A DNA stretch of 64,000 nt, from assembly GCA_011109175.1 (NCBI GenBank), contig RDEW01000008.1, positions 342,853 through 406,852 on the forward strand, read 5' to 3'. Below the pieces are notes generated by a model, which was given only the letters and a program-made list of their open reading frames with translations, was not told the origin of the DNA and searched no databases. Source of the DNA: Dicyema japonicum. Taxonomy: Eukaryota > Animalia > Dicyemida. The translations under genes were made by a program, and so were the position numbers. Numbering within the stretch: the first letter of the stretch is position 1; every line of letters starts with the position of its first letter. This document shows positions 10,819 through 24,311 of this stretch, one piece after another.

Positions 10819-13800
10819 TCAAGTTAGAAAATTCATTAACAAAATAAACCCAACAAAAATATCAACTTTACAGAATCGACACTCTACAAATAAATAAAAT
10901 AACAACCAAAGACATAACTCTGAATCATCAGCACTAAAATGTAAATTAAACCCAAACCTTTTACACTTCTTATTAGAATTCTCCAACCTAAAATGAAATA
11001 AGCAAAATACAAATCATTATTATCAGATTCATTAGTGACAAACTCAACTATACTCTCGAAAGGTCTATTACTACAACAAATATACTTTTGCATTCCACCA
11101 TATTCTCGTTCAACTCGTTTCAATGGTGTACTTGTCTCTATCCTCTGGTGAGGCAAATTTGATGACTTTCTAAACTAACTAAAGACCCAACTCATTCACA
11201 CCCCTTTGATGTTTTCTTTTAGATGGATTCCTATTAAAAACTACCAAAAACTACGTCACAAACTCAAGGTTTTCAAGTTCCTCAGTGAGATGCTACAGTA
11301 TTACATAAAAATACTGGTAAAATTGTCTGTCTAACTTCAAGAGGGGCAAACACAATTTGTCGATTAAATGAATCCTATAAACTAACACATAAAAAGACTT
11401 CATTGACTTTGACAAACAGTTTGTGTGGAATGTGAGTAAATTCACAGTCTTTATCAGTCAAATGGTAATTGGATGATTTAACAATGATATGCAAGTGCAT
11501 TATGTCACAAATAGCCCACAAAATCTGTTAATAAACAAATGTAAAACTTTGTTAAAGTCATAGTCGACATAATTGTCAGAACAACGATATTCTTTTATTT
11601 TTTGAACATAGTGGATCAAATTTTTGTAATTATCATTAGTCACAAGCAACACCATAAATGATCCAAGGGCCCTAGAACTTACAAACATGTCAACTTTGAT
11701 ATCTTCAAAAGACCTTCATTGTCATCAATTGATTTACAAATGCCGAGAGAAGCCAAAAAATGCACAATGTAAGGAATAACAACTTCTGGAGCTGAGTTTT
11801 TATAGGTGACTGATAGTTAGATAAATAAAAACATGCTGTCTTGCAGAACCGGGAAGAAAATTCCCTCCTTTTATTAACATATTTGGATAAGAATTTCTTT
11901 GTAGAATTTTCATCGGTTCCTGTAAGTCCAAGAAAAGACAAAACAAAAAGACTCATAAACTGAATGGGAAGTTTCATCCAGTCTAATAAATTCTTGACTT
12001 TATCCAAAATGATATCCCTCAATTCTCTATGACACCGCTAAAGTTTATAAAGTTAGAGAACCTCAACCACACTTTTCGTAGTCTTAGTACTGTCCATCTG
12101 ATTGACTGTAAGAATGAAAACGTCATAAATCAGTTTTGGAGAAACAACCGAGTAAATATTACATTTCTGGCATAATTTGATAACTATGAGTGCAGCTTCT
12201 GATCGAAAGTGCATTCTTAAACATTCACTAACAAATTAATTTTAAACTCACTGTTTCATGGAATCACCAAAACCCTTAACATCAAACAGAATGCACTTGT
12301 GCAACAACTCTAAACATTTTTTAACAATCTCCGAATTGAGGTGAACCTTACTATACTGACATCCCAAAATAATTCGTTTCAGTAATTTTAAACCACAAAT
12401 CTAAATTTAACAAACCAATTCACTTTTTTGTGGAATAATTCGTCAACATCTTCCAAAGAGATCCACTTTGACTTTGCTGTAGTGGTCTTGTGCTTTAATG
12501 AGAATAGATTTAAAAAGTGGTTATTAACAAAATCTCCCATTTTCTCCAAAGCAAGTCCATCAACCATCTCACAGGACATCCCAACAAGTGTCATTTTGTG
12601 GATATAGTCATCATCGTCCACGGAGATGTTAGTAGAAACCGACTAATTATATTTATTAAAACACAACATTATATATTTCGGGTAAAGGCGAAATATTTGA
12701 AGCCATGTGGAGAATTCTTGCAGCAAGCTTAGTCTCCTTGGATGACTTGGGGGAAGATATTTTACATGAAAGAATTTCCCTTAAGATTCTGAGAAAAATA
12801 AGTTAACCCATACTCAAAATTGTCCCCAAAGTCCCTTTCCATGTTATTTCATATGAATAGTAAGAGTTGCAACGAATTAATCGCTGGAATATAGATAAAA
12901 AATGCATAATGACGACTCTCCCCTGTCACACCAAGTCGTTAAAGTTGAGAGGACTGCCTCCACTAGGAAAAATTATGGGAAATTTGTAAAAAGAATCTAA
13001 AATTAAAGTAAAGAAAAAGCCCAATAGTTCCATAAATAATATTTCAAATTGTTTTTTGGAAATCAACATGGATTTCTAGATTTGACTGAAATGCTTTTTC
13101 ATTAGACTGACAGAACTGATAATTTTACTGGAAGCATATTCAATCAAATGTATGAATGTAAAAATGGAAAATAAATTAGCTAATAAAACACTGTGAAGAT
13201 TTTCCACCCCTGCCAAATTAGCTAGTCGATTCTAAAAAAGAATCATAAATAATTTAAAATAATAAAGAATATTAAAATCCATTTAATAAGAATAAATACA
13301 TTTTTCGCTGTCATTTCAGAATATTTGAATTCGGTGTTGATGTAATTTTTAAGAAAAATTAAATTTCCCCTAAAAATTGGCGAATTATCTGTCATAAAAA
13401 ACTTCATCAGAAAAGTTAAAGTTTTCGGAGACCCGGTTGAAAGATATTCTTAGTTAAAAATAATAAAACTAGTTAGAGTTGATATTTTGGCATTTATAGA
13501 GTCAGTGGAACCTTCAGAATCTGTAATATCTTCGAGAATCATCAAACATATATTTCTAATCCTCTGAGTCCGTCTTATAATCCCAGTTAGGACGCTTTTA
13601 TAGTAACAAAAAATACGTTTTCGAAGTCTGATCTTCCCTTATGAAAATCTCATATAACAGTTTAGCAGTGTTCTCAGGGCAATCAGCCGAAGAAAAAAGG
13701 AAAATTAGGCATTCATCAGCAAGCCTTCTGTTAAATATTAAACAGAAAACAAATACTTGTCTTCAATATTATGCTGACATAAATGAAGAAGAATCTGTTC

Positions 13801-15334
13801 CACTACTTTCTGCATTTTACATTCATGCAATGGTTTATACTTTTCACTACACATTTCATGAGTTAAAAGTCTAGTCAAAGTCCACATTGCTTTTTTCCTC
13901 ACAGAAATCTGGAAGAATTAACAATCAGTTACTACTTTCTTGTCTCTTGTTTCTAGGAAGAGCATTTCTAGTAATTGAGAGTTAGGATCATCCATTGATT
14001 GTTTAATAATAACTCCGACAGAGGTGATGACCTCTAATCTGACCGACTCGTCATCATGTAAAGTACAAATCTCATCTACGAGAATCACATCTATTCCTAC
14101 CTGTCAAACACATCCTTAGGGTTTCATCATTCTGGTAGAGTTTCATTCCTGCTTCAATGCAGGCTTTACAGACATCAACAGAGTCAGATTTAAAACTATC
14201 CACTAAAATAGCCACAAAGTACCACGACAAAAAAGTCTTCCACAGGGAAGTGTATTGGGCCAATGGGGGGCCGTCCTGCAAATTCTTCGAAAAGTAATCG
14301 CCAATGAATCTGATAAACTGTACTTTCTCAGCATCCGCGCACGTATTCTAATATTTAAGAACAAAATACCAATTTAAAATCAAGATGGAGTAAAGCAAGC
14401 TGAACAAAACTGAAAGAAATAATACTAAGTTCTTGGATGACGGAATATATACAGATCAGTGGTTTGCTTTTAAACATGAGACTCTTACAGTACTAAGATT
14501 GATTCAAATTGAAAACATTTTGTAGAGAAAAGCATATCGAGTCGTGGGATCTTATAAGGATTTCAACTAGAAGGTCGTGGTGTTCATTATTTAGCTTAAA
14601 GTAAAGTTAATGAGAAAACTTTAAACGGGGTTGTTATCCACACAAGAAACTGGTCAAAGATGGGATCAAGGTCACGAGAGTCAGAAATGAGATAGGAAAG
14701 AGAATTTATCAAATATTCACTCACATCAGAATTTAGCTTACTAAATGGATAAAATAAATGTAAAACCATTTCAGACCGATTACTCTACGAAATAGGGCAA
14801 AAATAAAATCATTTGGATTTTCGAATATGCACACTATATTGAAGATATTAATGTAAGATACATTCTGTAAAAATAACAAAAAACTCAGAAACATGTAAAA
14901 AACACTCGCATAAGGTGATATCAACGCCATTCCCCTCATCAAGGGACTTTATATTATCGATAAATAAATGTACGCATTTCTGAGTTAATACTAAAATAAA
15001 ACCTCTGTTGTTGACTGATCTATGAAAGGAGATTGAGGAACAGTGAGACGGAACCCTTCAGAGAGAAGAGTACAGAGAAGAGATCTTATTCTTATGGAAG
15101 AAGATGATGAAAAGGTAGTCAAAAGGTGAGTGAATATGCTAGAGGTTTGACTTGGGAGAGCTGAATCCAAGTCTTTTATAATTTGATAATATTCCTATAA
15201 ATAAGCGAAATTTGATTTACTTTTAGTTTCAATACAATTTCTTTAAATGGTGATTCTTTTGATAAAAATTTTAATTCTTCTAAGATCATCACAACAATCA
15301 CAAATCGAATACTACAAGCCCGCTTTTTATTCAT
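10819..15334 (-). CDS. PDS5: PDS5-like cohesin cofactor (HEAT repeats), more than 25 tiny introns; lesion cluster at 12849-13078; 3' end approximate
   Basis: Spliced segments LHDDESVRLEVI, ETRDKKISVRKKAM, ELLILFTNFP*FF, LPIQFMSLF, APEVVIPYIVHFLA, ILWAICD follow the PDS5 block order. In-frame TAG 13076-13078, TAA 12973-12975, TGA 12849-12851. Confidence 0.8.
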
Positions 15335-15438
15335 ATTTTCTTGAATTTATTTTTAACTTATTTTATAATTTATTAATTATGCAGTTGATAAAAACAAAAC
15401 TAAATTTTAAATGGATGACTTGACAATCGGCCGCGTGG

Positions 15439-16540
15439 AGAAATAATGTTAGCGTGGCCTCAGGTAGTTCACCTTATGTGGTGGCGCTCAATGAGGAAAT
15501 ACACCGAATAGAACCATTTTATTTTTCCCGTCCAGTCGACTCGTATGCCTAGATGGTATATCTCAACTCGAAACGTGAGGCGTTGCTTGCTCTTCTGGAA
15601 ACTCTTCCTTTCTTGACAATTGAACAAAACATGGGACGAAAACCCCCATTACAATGCAGCTTATAAAAACAAAGATATTGAAACTATGGAGTATTTTGTT
15701 TGAACACAAGATCACCTTATTCAAGAGTCAAAACTTTCTACAAGGAGTGTAGCCCCATTATTTCCTTCATACACCGTAATTAGAAAAGACAGATTTGGAA
15801 GTTTAGGGTAATATCATTAAGAATGGTTTGACCTACTTTGATGTGAGCACATGAGTGGACAATATAATATTAACATGGCAGAAATTATAAACAAATATCG
15901 TTAATGGTTAATGTTATTTCATTTTGACCAACTTATACATTCCTACGCCAAGATTCTTTTTTAGAAACTATGTCCAATTCTTCCCCTTACTTTTTTTCAC
16001 AACATTTGAAAGACGTTCTAGCAAGGGGCTTCCGGAAACTCAACTTCAACAAAACCTTTCTAAAGTCCATGACCCATTCGTCACAGGAATGCTCTGCCGT
16101 CTTATACCATTAGTCTTAAAGCCGACGGTGGAGTATGTCTGCGCTTCCCGGGATTACAGAATTTCAAACTTTTACTAGATAAATTCCCTAAGAGCAAAAA
16201 TGGTCCGCATTGCCAATCTCTGTGCTCAATTATTCCCCATTTACTTGACAACAAGGTAATACGGAATAATGGTTCCGGCTTCATCACTCTCTGCGGCTCA
16301 GAATCCGATCGCTTCTACCAATCAGCGATAGAAACCGCCGGTACACGTAAATTGGGGAAAAATCCCACATCTCTCCAAATTATCATGAAAAAGGAATTCT
16401 GTGGATTCAGAAAAGCTGTGGGTACTATAGAGGTGCACAGCAAAAAGGACTTGATCCTGTTAAGGTCTACCGGGATTACTTAATTAGATGGTTTACCTCC
16501 TTCTTTCTTAGTGCTCCCTTTATCTGGATTAGATAATAAT
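15439..16540 (+). mobile_element. Old LINE insertion with a 14-bp target-site duplication
   Basis: AATCGGCCGCGTGG at 15425-15438 and 16541-16554; (AAT)n tail before the second copy; LKPTVEY post-RT-like motif near 16120. Confidence 0.65.
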
Positions 16541-16830
16541 AATCGGCCGCGTGGTGCCATGTGGCTACTTGATTGAAAATTTCTCTTCCTTCTGGTGGCG
16601 TCATTGGATCCACCTCACTCAGTAGACGCCAAATGCCTTGCCGGAATTCAAAATGATAAATCTATTTATTCCATCGGGAAACAATTTTTCTCCCTGACGA
16701 CGAGTTCTGAAATCGATCTCAGCTTCCCGGACAACGTTTCCTGGATCACTTTGATTGAGTGAAGGTTCTGCTGGAGTACGTCAGGATCAATAAATTAGTT
16801 TGATTTACTCTTGGTCTTTAGAATAATTTG
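16541..16830 (+). repeat. Short LINE-derived 3' fragment (same family as 10097-10420)
   Basis: Shares CGTGGYGCCATGTGG, GGCGTCATTGGATCCA...AGACGCCAAATGC and the 3' tail. Confidence 0.6.
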
Positions 16831-17145
16831 ATAGTTAATTTAACATTTCAGCAGCACTATAACTTCTGATGTTTCTCAGAGGTCATGTAAAGTGCCTCGA
16901 AAGAACACCATTCACCCCACTCAATCGGAGACAATCCTCTTCTGGCGATATGTTCGAGTCTGGTGTAACCTAGTGGAATCACGTTATTGGTTGATTTGGT
17001 TTCATTGTGATCTTTGGATTTTTTCATTTACTTAACATGGCGTCATGTACTTTATTAGTTGTAAAGCTCTTGATGCTCTCAAAGTCAATATAATGTATTT
17101 ATTAAAAAAATCATTAGTGCCAATTAGAGTTCATTTATCCTGGTG

Positions 17146-17240
17146 ACGACTGAACGTAGCTCTTAAATCTTCTGGCTGAACGTAACTCTGATGACATCGG
17201 ATCTGAAGGTCGTGGGTTCGAATCCGAAAGATGGATCACA
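17146..17240 (+). other. tRNA-derived (SINE-head or pseudo-tRNA) sequence
   Basis: CTGAAGGTCGTGGGTTCGAATCC resembles a tRNA variable loop plus T-arm/B box; no complete cloverleaf; related copy at about 5011-5060 lacks the B box. Confidence 0.4.
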
Positions 17241-17269
17241 AACGTGGTATTGAGTGTGCATGACGTGTG

Positions 17270-18262
17270 TATTGGATTGACAGCTTATTCTGACTGCATA
17301 AATTCCGAATCTGTCAAACGGAAGAAACTAAAGAAATGCTCGACCCTTGGAGATCGTTCAGTTTTGTCAAAATCACCGTCGAATCTCTCAAGCGGTTTGA
17401 AGAATCCCCTCTTTTTCGCAAGTTTTCTTAATTCATCGAAATCGTCGGCCGTTTTTAGTTTTCTGTCGAGGTCTTTTAATTCTTGATATAACAGAGGGCA
17501 GAGTTGTAACGGGCCTTTAAATAATTTTTTTTGCTCCATGAGATATTCCTCCATCAAACGATTTGCTGGTACGCCCAAGTCTATTCACATTTTGTAACCA
17601 ATTCTCCACCACCTCAATCGTTGTATTTCCATCAATAGTGGTTCGGTAGCTGAGTTGGTCCCACTTTGAAAATATATATTCTTCGCGGTTGATAACTCGG
17701 TACTGGTACATTATAGTACCCCCAAAGCACTTATAGTACTCCCTAAGCAATTTTTCTCATACTTTAGTTAAAGCACATTCGCGTTACCAATGAACACTTT
17801 ATGGTTTCGCTTGTGCCATGTTTTTTGATTATCCTTTCCGCTAGTTTTTCCATCCTTTTCGTTGTAGTCCTCGTTTCCTGATTTCGTCCATATCGTCCGC
17901 ATCTATCAGTCGGCACCCGATCATTGCGCAATCCTCCGCGAGTGTCCTTGAAAGACAAGTTCTTGGACGTCCTCTAAATGCAGGAGATACAGATAACCGA
18001 AAAATTCTTCCATGGCAGCATTGCATGGAGTCTGTTCATCCATCCGTAGAATATGTCCAGAAAAGCGCCAGCGGGTTTCAAGTACGTTCAGGCCTATTGG
18101 TCCACAATCAGTCAGTATAATTTATTGTTTGAAATTTTCTTTGGCCAAGAGTATTCAAGGAGTTTTCTTAGTTGGCCTCTGTGAAAAGAGTTAAGTTGTT
18201 CCATATCTTTATTTGATGTTCCCCAAGTACCTGAGTTGTACATGAGGACTGGTCGGACAAAT
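17270..18262 (-). mobile_element. Two tandem RTE-like LINE 3' fragments
   Basis: FRGRPRTCL...DMDEIRKRGLQRKGW (17830-18020) and LKTADDFDELRKLAKKR (17400-17470), the same C-terminal motif as 40959-41204. Confidence 0.7.
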
Positions 18263-18269
18263 CCATAAA

Positions 18270-19748
18270 CGTAATCGCAGAGGAACACGAAGGATATAAG
18301 TATTTGGGTGTTACCGAAACTCTAAAGTCCCTTATAATGCCTGAGACAAAGCGACAAATAACTGAAGGCATCCGTAAAAGAGCAGCGTTATTTTGTAAGA
18401 CGTCTCTAAATACAAGGAATTTGTTCCTAGCATTAAATGAGTATGCTGTCTCGCTGCTAAACTACTACATAGGTGTTGTGGAGTTTGAGCCCAAAGAGTA
18501 TGATGAGATGGATGTTGTGATCCGTTGAGTACTCAGAGAGAACCATGTCCATGTGCTGGCAGCCAATAAGGAGAGACTATATTTACTCCGTGATAAATTC
18601 GGCCGTGGACTGTGTGGAGTAGTCCAACTAAGTGAGCGCATCCTAATGCGAATGCACGACACCCTGATAGCTGGGTCAAGTGTGTCTGCTAGGAAGCACG
18701 CCATAATAACGACCGAGAAAACACGGGCAACCCACCTAGGCACTATCAGACCTTTTTTGTCTGCTAAGTATGGTGTTGATGATGGTGGGCTAGTAAATGT
18801 GAAGGCGTTGATCGAATTACAATATAATAATTTGATGGAAAAGATCAACTTAAAAAGCCTTCATAAGGTCCTCTTCAGAGCATTGGACAACCCACATGTC
18901 GACCTTAAGTCGTCGACAATATGGCTAAAATACGGTGACAACTCACCTCGATCGGAGGCGTTGTACACGTATATGCAAGACCGCAATATTTTTTGGGGTC
19001 GATCAACAAATACATGTCCCCACTGTAAGTCAAGGAGCATGTCGGTTGATCATTTAGCCACTCGATGTGGATCCATGCTCTGCCACGACTATGTGTGGAG
19101 GCACAACGAGGTAGTAAGGAGTCTTCATCTTCTACTATGCAATAAGTATGGTATTCGCCACACCAGAAAGTTGCGGACTCATAAGGTGCAATCTGTAGTA
19201 GAGAACACCAGGGTCCAAATTAAGGTAGACAGTGTTATCCGTACCTCGGTGCTAGTCAAGCACAATAAACCGGACATTGTGGTACACGATAAGGAGTCTG
19301 GCCAAGTCCTTATCATAGAGGTTGGCATCACGTCTCAAGACCGTTTGCAGACTGTGGAGGTGGAGAAAAAAAGGAAGTATGACTTACTTGCAAACGAGAT
19401 GGGGCAGATGCTTGGTTGCAAGGTCCTCGTTATTCCAATAGTAATGACGTGGGAAGGAATTGCAACAAAGTACCACAAGGGTTATCTGAAGCAGTTGGGG
19501 TAGATAGGAAGCTCCAGGCCTATCTACAGTCCACTGTATTAAAGTGGACCCTAGAGAGCCTGACACTGGAGTATAGGAGGCAGAGCCCTGAGATGCCATA
19601 TGGGCAGAGGGTTCAATTGGACAAGGCGCTCTCGGAGTTGTTTCAGAAACCAGAATCGGACCTCCCTGAGGAGGCTGGCGAACAGGCAGGGGAGGAAGGT
19701 TGTTGATTATTAAATATATTAACTTTTTTTATTGTTGGTTAAATAAAG
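18270..19748 (+). mobile_element. R4/Dong-like RT-RLE non-LTR retrotransposon, 5'-truncated
   Basis: YKYLGV, ERLYLLRDKFGRGL, CCHC knuckle CPHC...DHLATRC, RHNEVV, KPDIVVHD...IIEV...KKRKYDLL (PD-(D/E)xK endonuclease); premature stops at 18526 and 19501; ends TTAAATAAAG. Confidence 0.9.
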
Positions 19749-19829
19749 TTCAATTTTATTCTCAATTTAAACTTGTAAAATATATATAAGAAGGAATCAA
19801 AGACAAATGTTGTTTTAAAGACTATTTAT

Positions 19830-20280
19830 TGAAAATGTACATTACATAATTTTCCAGATTTCGTGTACAAAAGTTTCTGTTTGTCTTCAAAAAACTCTTG
19901 AATTGCAAAAAAACATTTTTCGACAGATGCCGAGGATGACTGAATAATCTTCAGGAGAGACATTTTTACATTCCATATTAATAATTTTAGTTAGGTTGAA
20001 TTGCAAAAAAACATTTTTTGACAGATGCCGAGGATGACTGAATAATCTTCAGGAGAGACATTTTTACATTCCATATTAATAATTTTAGTTAGGTCGCTTT
20101 CCAAAATTCTCTTCTCCAAATATTGTTTGATCCCTGTTTCATCTTTCCCAAAATCTATTGCACTAAGCGTCGAATATGCGTACTCTATTGTACACTCGTT
20201 ACTTTCAAATTGTAATATTTTTTCTGTGATAAATTACTATATAAGAACAACCTGGAGTATGTGAATAGTTATGCGAAATA
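19830..20280 (-). mobile_element. hAT-like transposase C-terminal relic
   Basis: LLKIIQSSSASVEKCFF resembles the hAT dimerisation motif SSASVERSFS; present twice because of a local duplication. Confidence 0.5.
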
Positions 20281-20329
20281 GCGCATAAACTCTGTACTAT
20301 TTTTTCACTTTTTTCTCCATAATCCACCG

Positions 20330-21960
20330 GACATTTGCTATATGGTCACCTGAATCCTGCTTGGACATCCGGTAGAATCATTTCGGCATTTGGCATTAGA
20401 CGATGTTGTATTATCTTTAGAAGTATTTTGTTGACGTGGGGAATTAAGACTGTTGTACGATAGTTTGAACAGTCTCTGCTATCCCCTTTTTTTGGTATTG
20501 GAATAAATATAGATCTTTTCCACTCGCGTAGCCAAATACAAGTTTCCCAAATTTTTTTTACATAGATTGGTGATAGCTGTCACCGATATAGCCTTCAACG
20601 ATTAGCTTAAGATGTAGTCAATCCCTGGTGCCTTGTTCTTCGTTAGTTGCCGTGTAGCCCACACGCATTCCTCCTCAAGGATTTTATGCCCCTCACCAGA
20701 CGTTGCTTCATCAACATATATGGGTGGGCACACAGTTTCTGAATATAGCCGTTCCGTACATTCTCTCCAACGATTTCGGAAGTTCTGTTGGCTTAGCAAT
20801 TCTACACCATCCTTGTCCTCGATTTTACCCATCATTTTCGTAAAGGAGGCTTATAATCTTTTTAGTTGTAAATACGCATTCCTAGTGTGACCGCTCTTAT
20901 ATTCATTTTCCATTTTTTGCTGGGTAACCTCCAGTAGTCTTCTTTATCCCTCCTGGCTGTTTTTTTGAATTCAGAGTTAAGTTTTCTTATCTCGTCTATA
21001 TTCCTAGAGACTTTAGCAGCTTTACGAGCCTCAGTAATGTTTAGGGTGTTGACAGAGAGCTACTCAGAGCACTTGGTCGGCGTTTTGTGCTTGACATGTT
21101 TTATTGCACCGTTCCTGATAACCAACTGCATATCATTCCATAATTCATTAGGTATCCTGCCGTTCAAATTTAGTAATCCAATATTGTGGTTAATTGCGTA
21201 TGCTGGTGGTATGTTTGAGACATCGAATTTCTTTACTCGGGGGTATTCCAAGTGTTACTGAATTTCGTCCTAATTTTTGCAACAAGTAGCTGATGGTCTG
21301 TTCCACAGTCTGCCCCTGGATATGTTTTGACGGCTGTTATAGAGCTTTTCCAACGTTTGGCGCACAAAATATAATCAATCTGGTTCCTAGATATTCCATT
21401 TGGCGACGTCCAAGTGTATAATCGTCGTTTATGCTGTTTGAACCATGTGTTATGTGGCATACACCAAACTTTTGAGTTGAAATCCCCCATTATGTAGGTT
21501 ATGTCCTTTTTGGATATTAGTTTTAGTGCCTCTTGAAATTCATAATAAAATTGGTGGATAGATGTTGGGGAATATACTTGCATGACCGTAATATTCAATG
21601 GTCGCCCACGGACGTGGATTAGTATTATCTGATCATTAAATGTTCTATGACTTTCAATCGCACGTGCAACCTTTTTTGAAGCAATAAGGCCACTCCATTT
21701 CTCTTCGCATTAAAGTCATCAGAATAATATATTACGAAATCATCAGAACGAAAAAAATTACTGTCGATCCAGTGAAGTTCGCTTACTCCAGGCAGGTCAA
21801 TATCAAGCCTTCTCTTCCCTTCGCTTAAGCCTCTTACATTCCATGTTGCAAACTTGTGAGATTCTGTGTGATGAAGATTCGAAATTTGATGTTTTGCAGT
21901 AACGTTGCTTCCAATTAAATCGTAGTAGAGTTTGCTCAAAAGATATCTTGGCATTTAAAT
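20330..21960 (-). mobile_element. Decayed RTE-clade LINE (AP endonuclease and start of RT)
   Basis: ATWNVRGL, GVSELHW, MQVYSPT, IMGDFNSKV, YTWTSPNG..RNQIDYIL, YPGADCGTDHQLL, KAPGID. Confidence 0.88.
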
Positions 21961-22046
21961 ACAGGGTAGGTTGCTATGTCTTTCCTCATAAACAGCTCTT
22001 ATATTGGGATAAGTTTCAGAGAATGTTTTTAAACCACAACAAACAC

Positions 22047-22280
22047 TCTAACCCTAAAGTTGGGTGAGGGACATTTGTCCCCCTCTCTCTTTACGAAGGA
22101 AAAATAAAATTTTTAAGGGGGACCGATATCAAGATAGTTTTTTTGGTCCTTCGCAACGCCAGTCTCACGGTGATTCAGATTTATATGTGGAGCAAGTTGT
22201 TTCTAGCACTTAAACAAATTTATTAAAGCTAAAAAAATTATTAATTTTAGCAAAATAAGAAGAATTACTTATGGGGTTAA
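22047..22280. mobile_element. Possible piggyBac-like MITE
   Basis: Begins (C)TAACCCTAAAGT and ends ACTTATGGGGTTAA (imperfect inverted termini with a TTAA-like site); internal GGGACATTTGTCCC hairpin. Confidence 0.3.
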
Positions 22281-22432
22281 CTTGTTGTCCCGAATAGACT
22301 ACATGATATTAAATATTTTTATTTAATCCAAAAAATATTTATACATTAAATATATTTTAAAAATATTTAAATAAAAATATACTTGTAAAATATTCACGGG
22401 GAAATTTTAAAATTTAGTGTGATTAGCTGTCT

Positions 22433-23104
22433 ATGAACAATTTTTTCACACATATAAAGAACTTGGTGAAGAAAGTGAAAAATTATCATCCCAGCAGACC
22501 TTGTCTACTAAAAACAAGGAAAGTATTTAGAAGGGTCTACAACAAGACATTTGGGAGTAATCTATTACTAACTAATATAATTTCTTACGGTACCATACAA
22601 TGTTTTAGTGATTTTGTAATTCAACATTATTTTACTGACAGCTTTGATGTCCACCGAAGCAGTTGAAATTACAATTATTTTTAGAAAATATGTTTATCAT
22701 TGGTTCTTTGTTGGGTTTTATTTCCCATTATTGGTATTTGGCTCTCGATTTTAAGTTTCCTACATCAAATCTGAAAAATGTGTTCAAAAAGATTATGTAT
22801 GATCAGCTTTTCGCTTCTCCTGTTATGAACGCTGTCTTTTTCCTTGGTTTTAATTTTTAAAAAATATAGGAATTGGTTTATTAGAAACAAAACTGTTGAA
22901 AAATATAATTTCGGAATTGAAGACAAAGTTATTTACAATTATAATTGTATGTGTTATACTAATGTATAGGCAGACTATATATTTTGGCCTCCTCTCCAAT
23001 TTATTAATTTTTATTTTCTTCCGATCCAGTTTAGGATAATCTTTATTGCCATTGTCATGTCATTTTGGGATGCATTTCTATCATATATTAAGTTTCATTA
23101 CTGA
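22433..23104 (+). CDS. MPV17L2: Mpv17/PMP22 family protein (MPV17L2-like), intact, 3 introns of 23 nt
   Basis: LLLTNIIS, HYWYLALD, KKIMYDQLFASP, ADYIFWPPLQFINFYFLP, WDAFLSYIK; TGA stop 23102-23104. Confidence 0.88.
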
Positions 23105-24311
23105 TATTTATACAAACTCTTGTTTATTCACTTTTTGTCTCATCACTTATATTGAAATCTTAGATATCCGAGTCTTGTGGTTAATTAGTCTGTTATTCGT
23201 TTGCTTTTGTTAACCAATATGGTCATATTCCACTAAGTTATAGTTCAATCTGTGAGAATTCAAGTTTTGATGTCACAATATTCAGCTTATGTTAACTATC
23301 AATGGGGATTACTCACACCAAGTTATAGTTCAATCTGTGATAATTCAAGTTTTGATGTCACAATATTCAGCTTATGGTAACTATTAATGGGGATTACTCA
23401 CAATAGTGTCAACAGTGGAAAATAAATATCAATGTTATTCCTTATGGGATGACATCGTGACTACGGTTCACAGGGGTCACTTGTAAGCAAATAGAAATTT
23501 GATGGTCGATCGCAAACTACTGTGGAAGATAGTTAAATTATCGAACAAACTATTGATTATTATTTTTCCCATAATAACTTAATTACTATGTCAAATGGAA
23601 TATTAATTGTACAAAAATAATTTTTATGACAAAAACTAAAAGCAATAAAGGGTGCTTATTTAGATAACAACCCCCATTACTACAACAGTCAAGAGATTCA
23701 TGATACTTGTAGTGATATATGTGAGCAAAGGAAACAAGTTTTAACTCCATTCTCAGGATGCGTCTGAATAGTCTCCAACGATCTTGAATATCTTTAGACT
23801 TATTGGCTTACATTCGTATTGCTTGTGAATTGAAATCCTAGTCGACCAACCTAATTTTCTCATATGATTTGTGTGGAAAACGTCCAGTCAGTCAATTTTG
23901 ATGTGGTTCAAGTTTTATAAGTTTGACAAACGAGATGTCCAATTTTATTTTTAGATTGATGCTGATAGCTTGTGATTTTAACCATAAATTCTTTAGTTTA
24001 TGCTTAGCAGTTGAAAAAGTTTGTCTTACCTTTATTTAACAAACAATAAAAAAGTTAATATATTTAATCAACAACCTTCCTCGCCTGCCTGTTCGCCAGC
24101 CTCNCTTGTGAATTGAAATCCTAGTCGACCAACCTAATTTTCTCATATGATTTTTGTGGAAAGAGTCCAGTCAGTCAATTTTGATGTGGTTCAAGTTTTA
24201 TAAGTTTGACAAACGAGATGTACAATTTTATTCTTAGAATGATGTTGATAGCTTGTGGTTTTAACCATAAATTCTATAGTTTATGCTTAGCAGTTGAAAA
24301 AGTTTGTCTTA

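Noticed and set aside
15900-16300. Gypsy-like RT on the minus strand
   Set aside because: Only a vague DFRK resemblance; the TSD, (AAT)n tail and plus-strand motif indicate a LINE.
17186-17232. Hammerhead ribozyme (CTGATGA...GAAA)
   Set aside because: The stem II pairing is offset from the core and I could not find stems I and III with a cleavage triplet; the tRNA T-arm reading fits better.
23400-23900. Tc1/mariner transposase relic
   Set aside because: Only faint DN.P.. and SP.DLN-like scraps; not enough to support a call.
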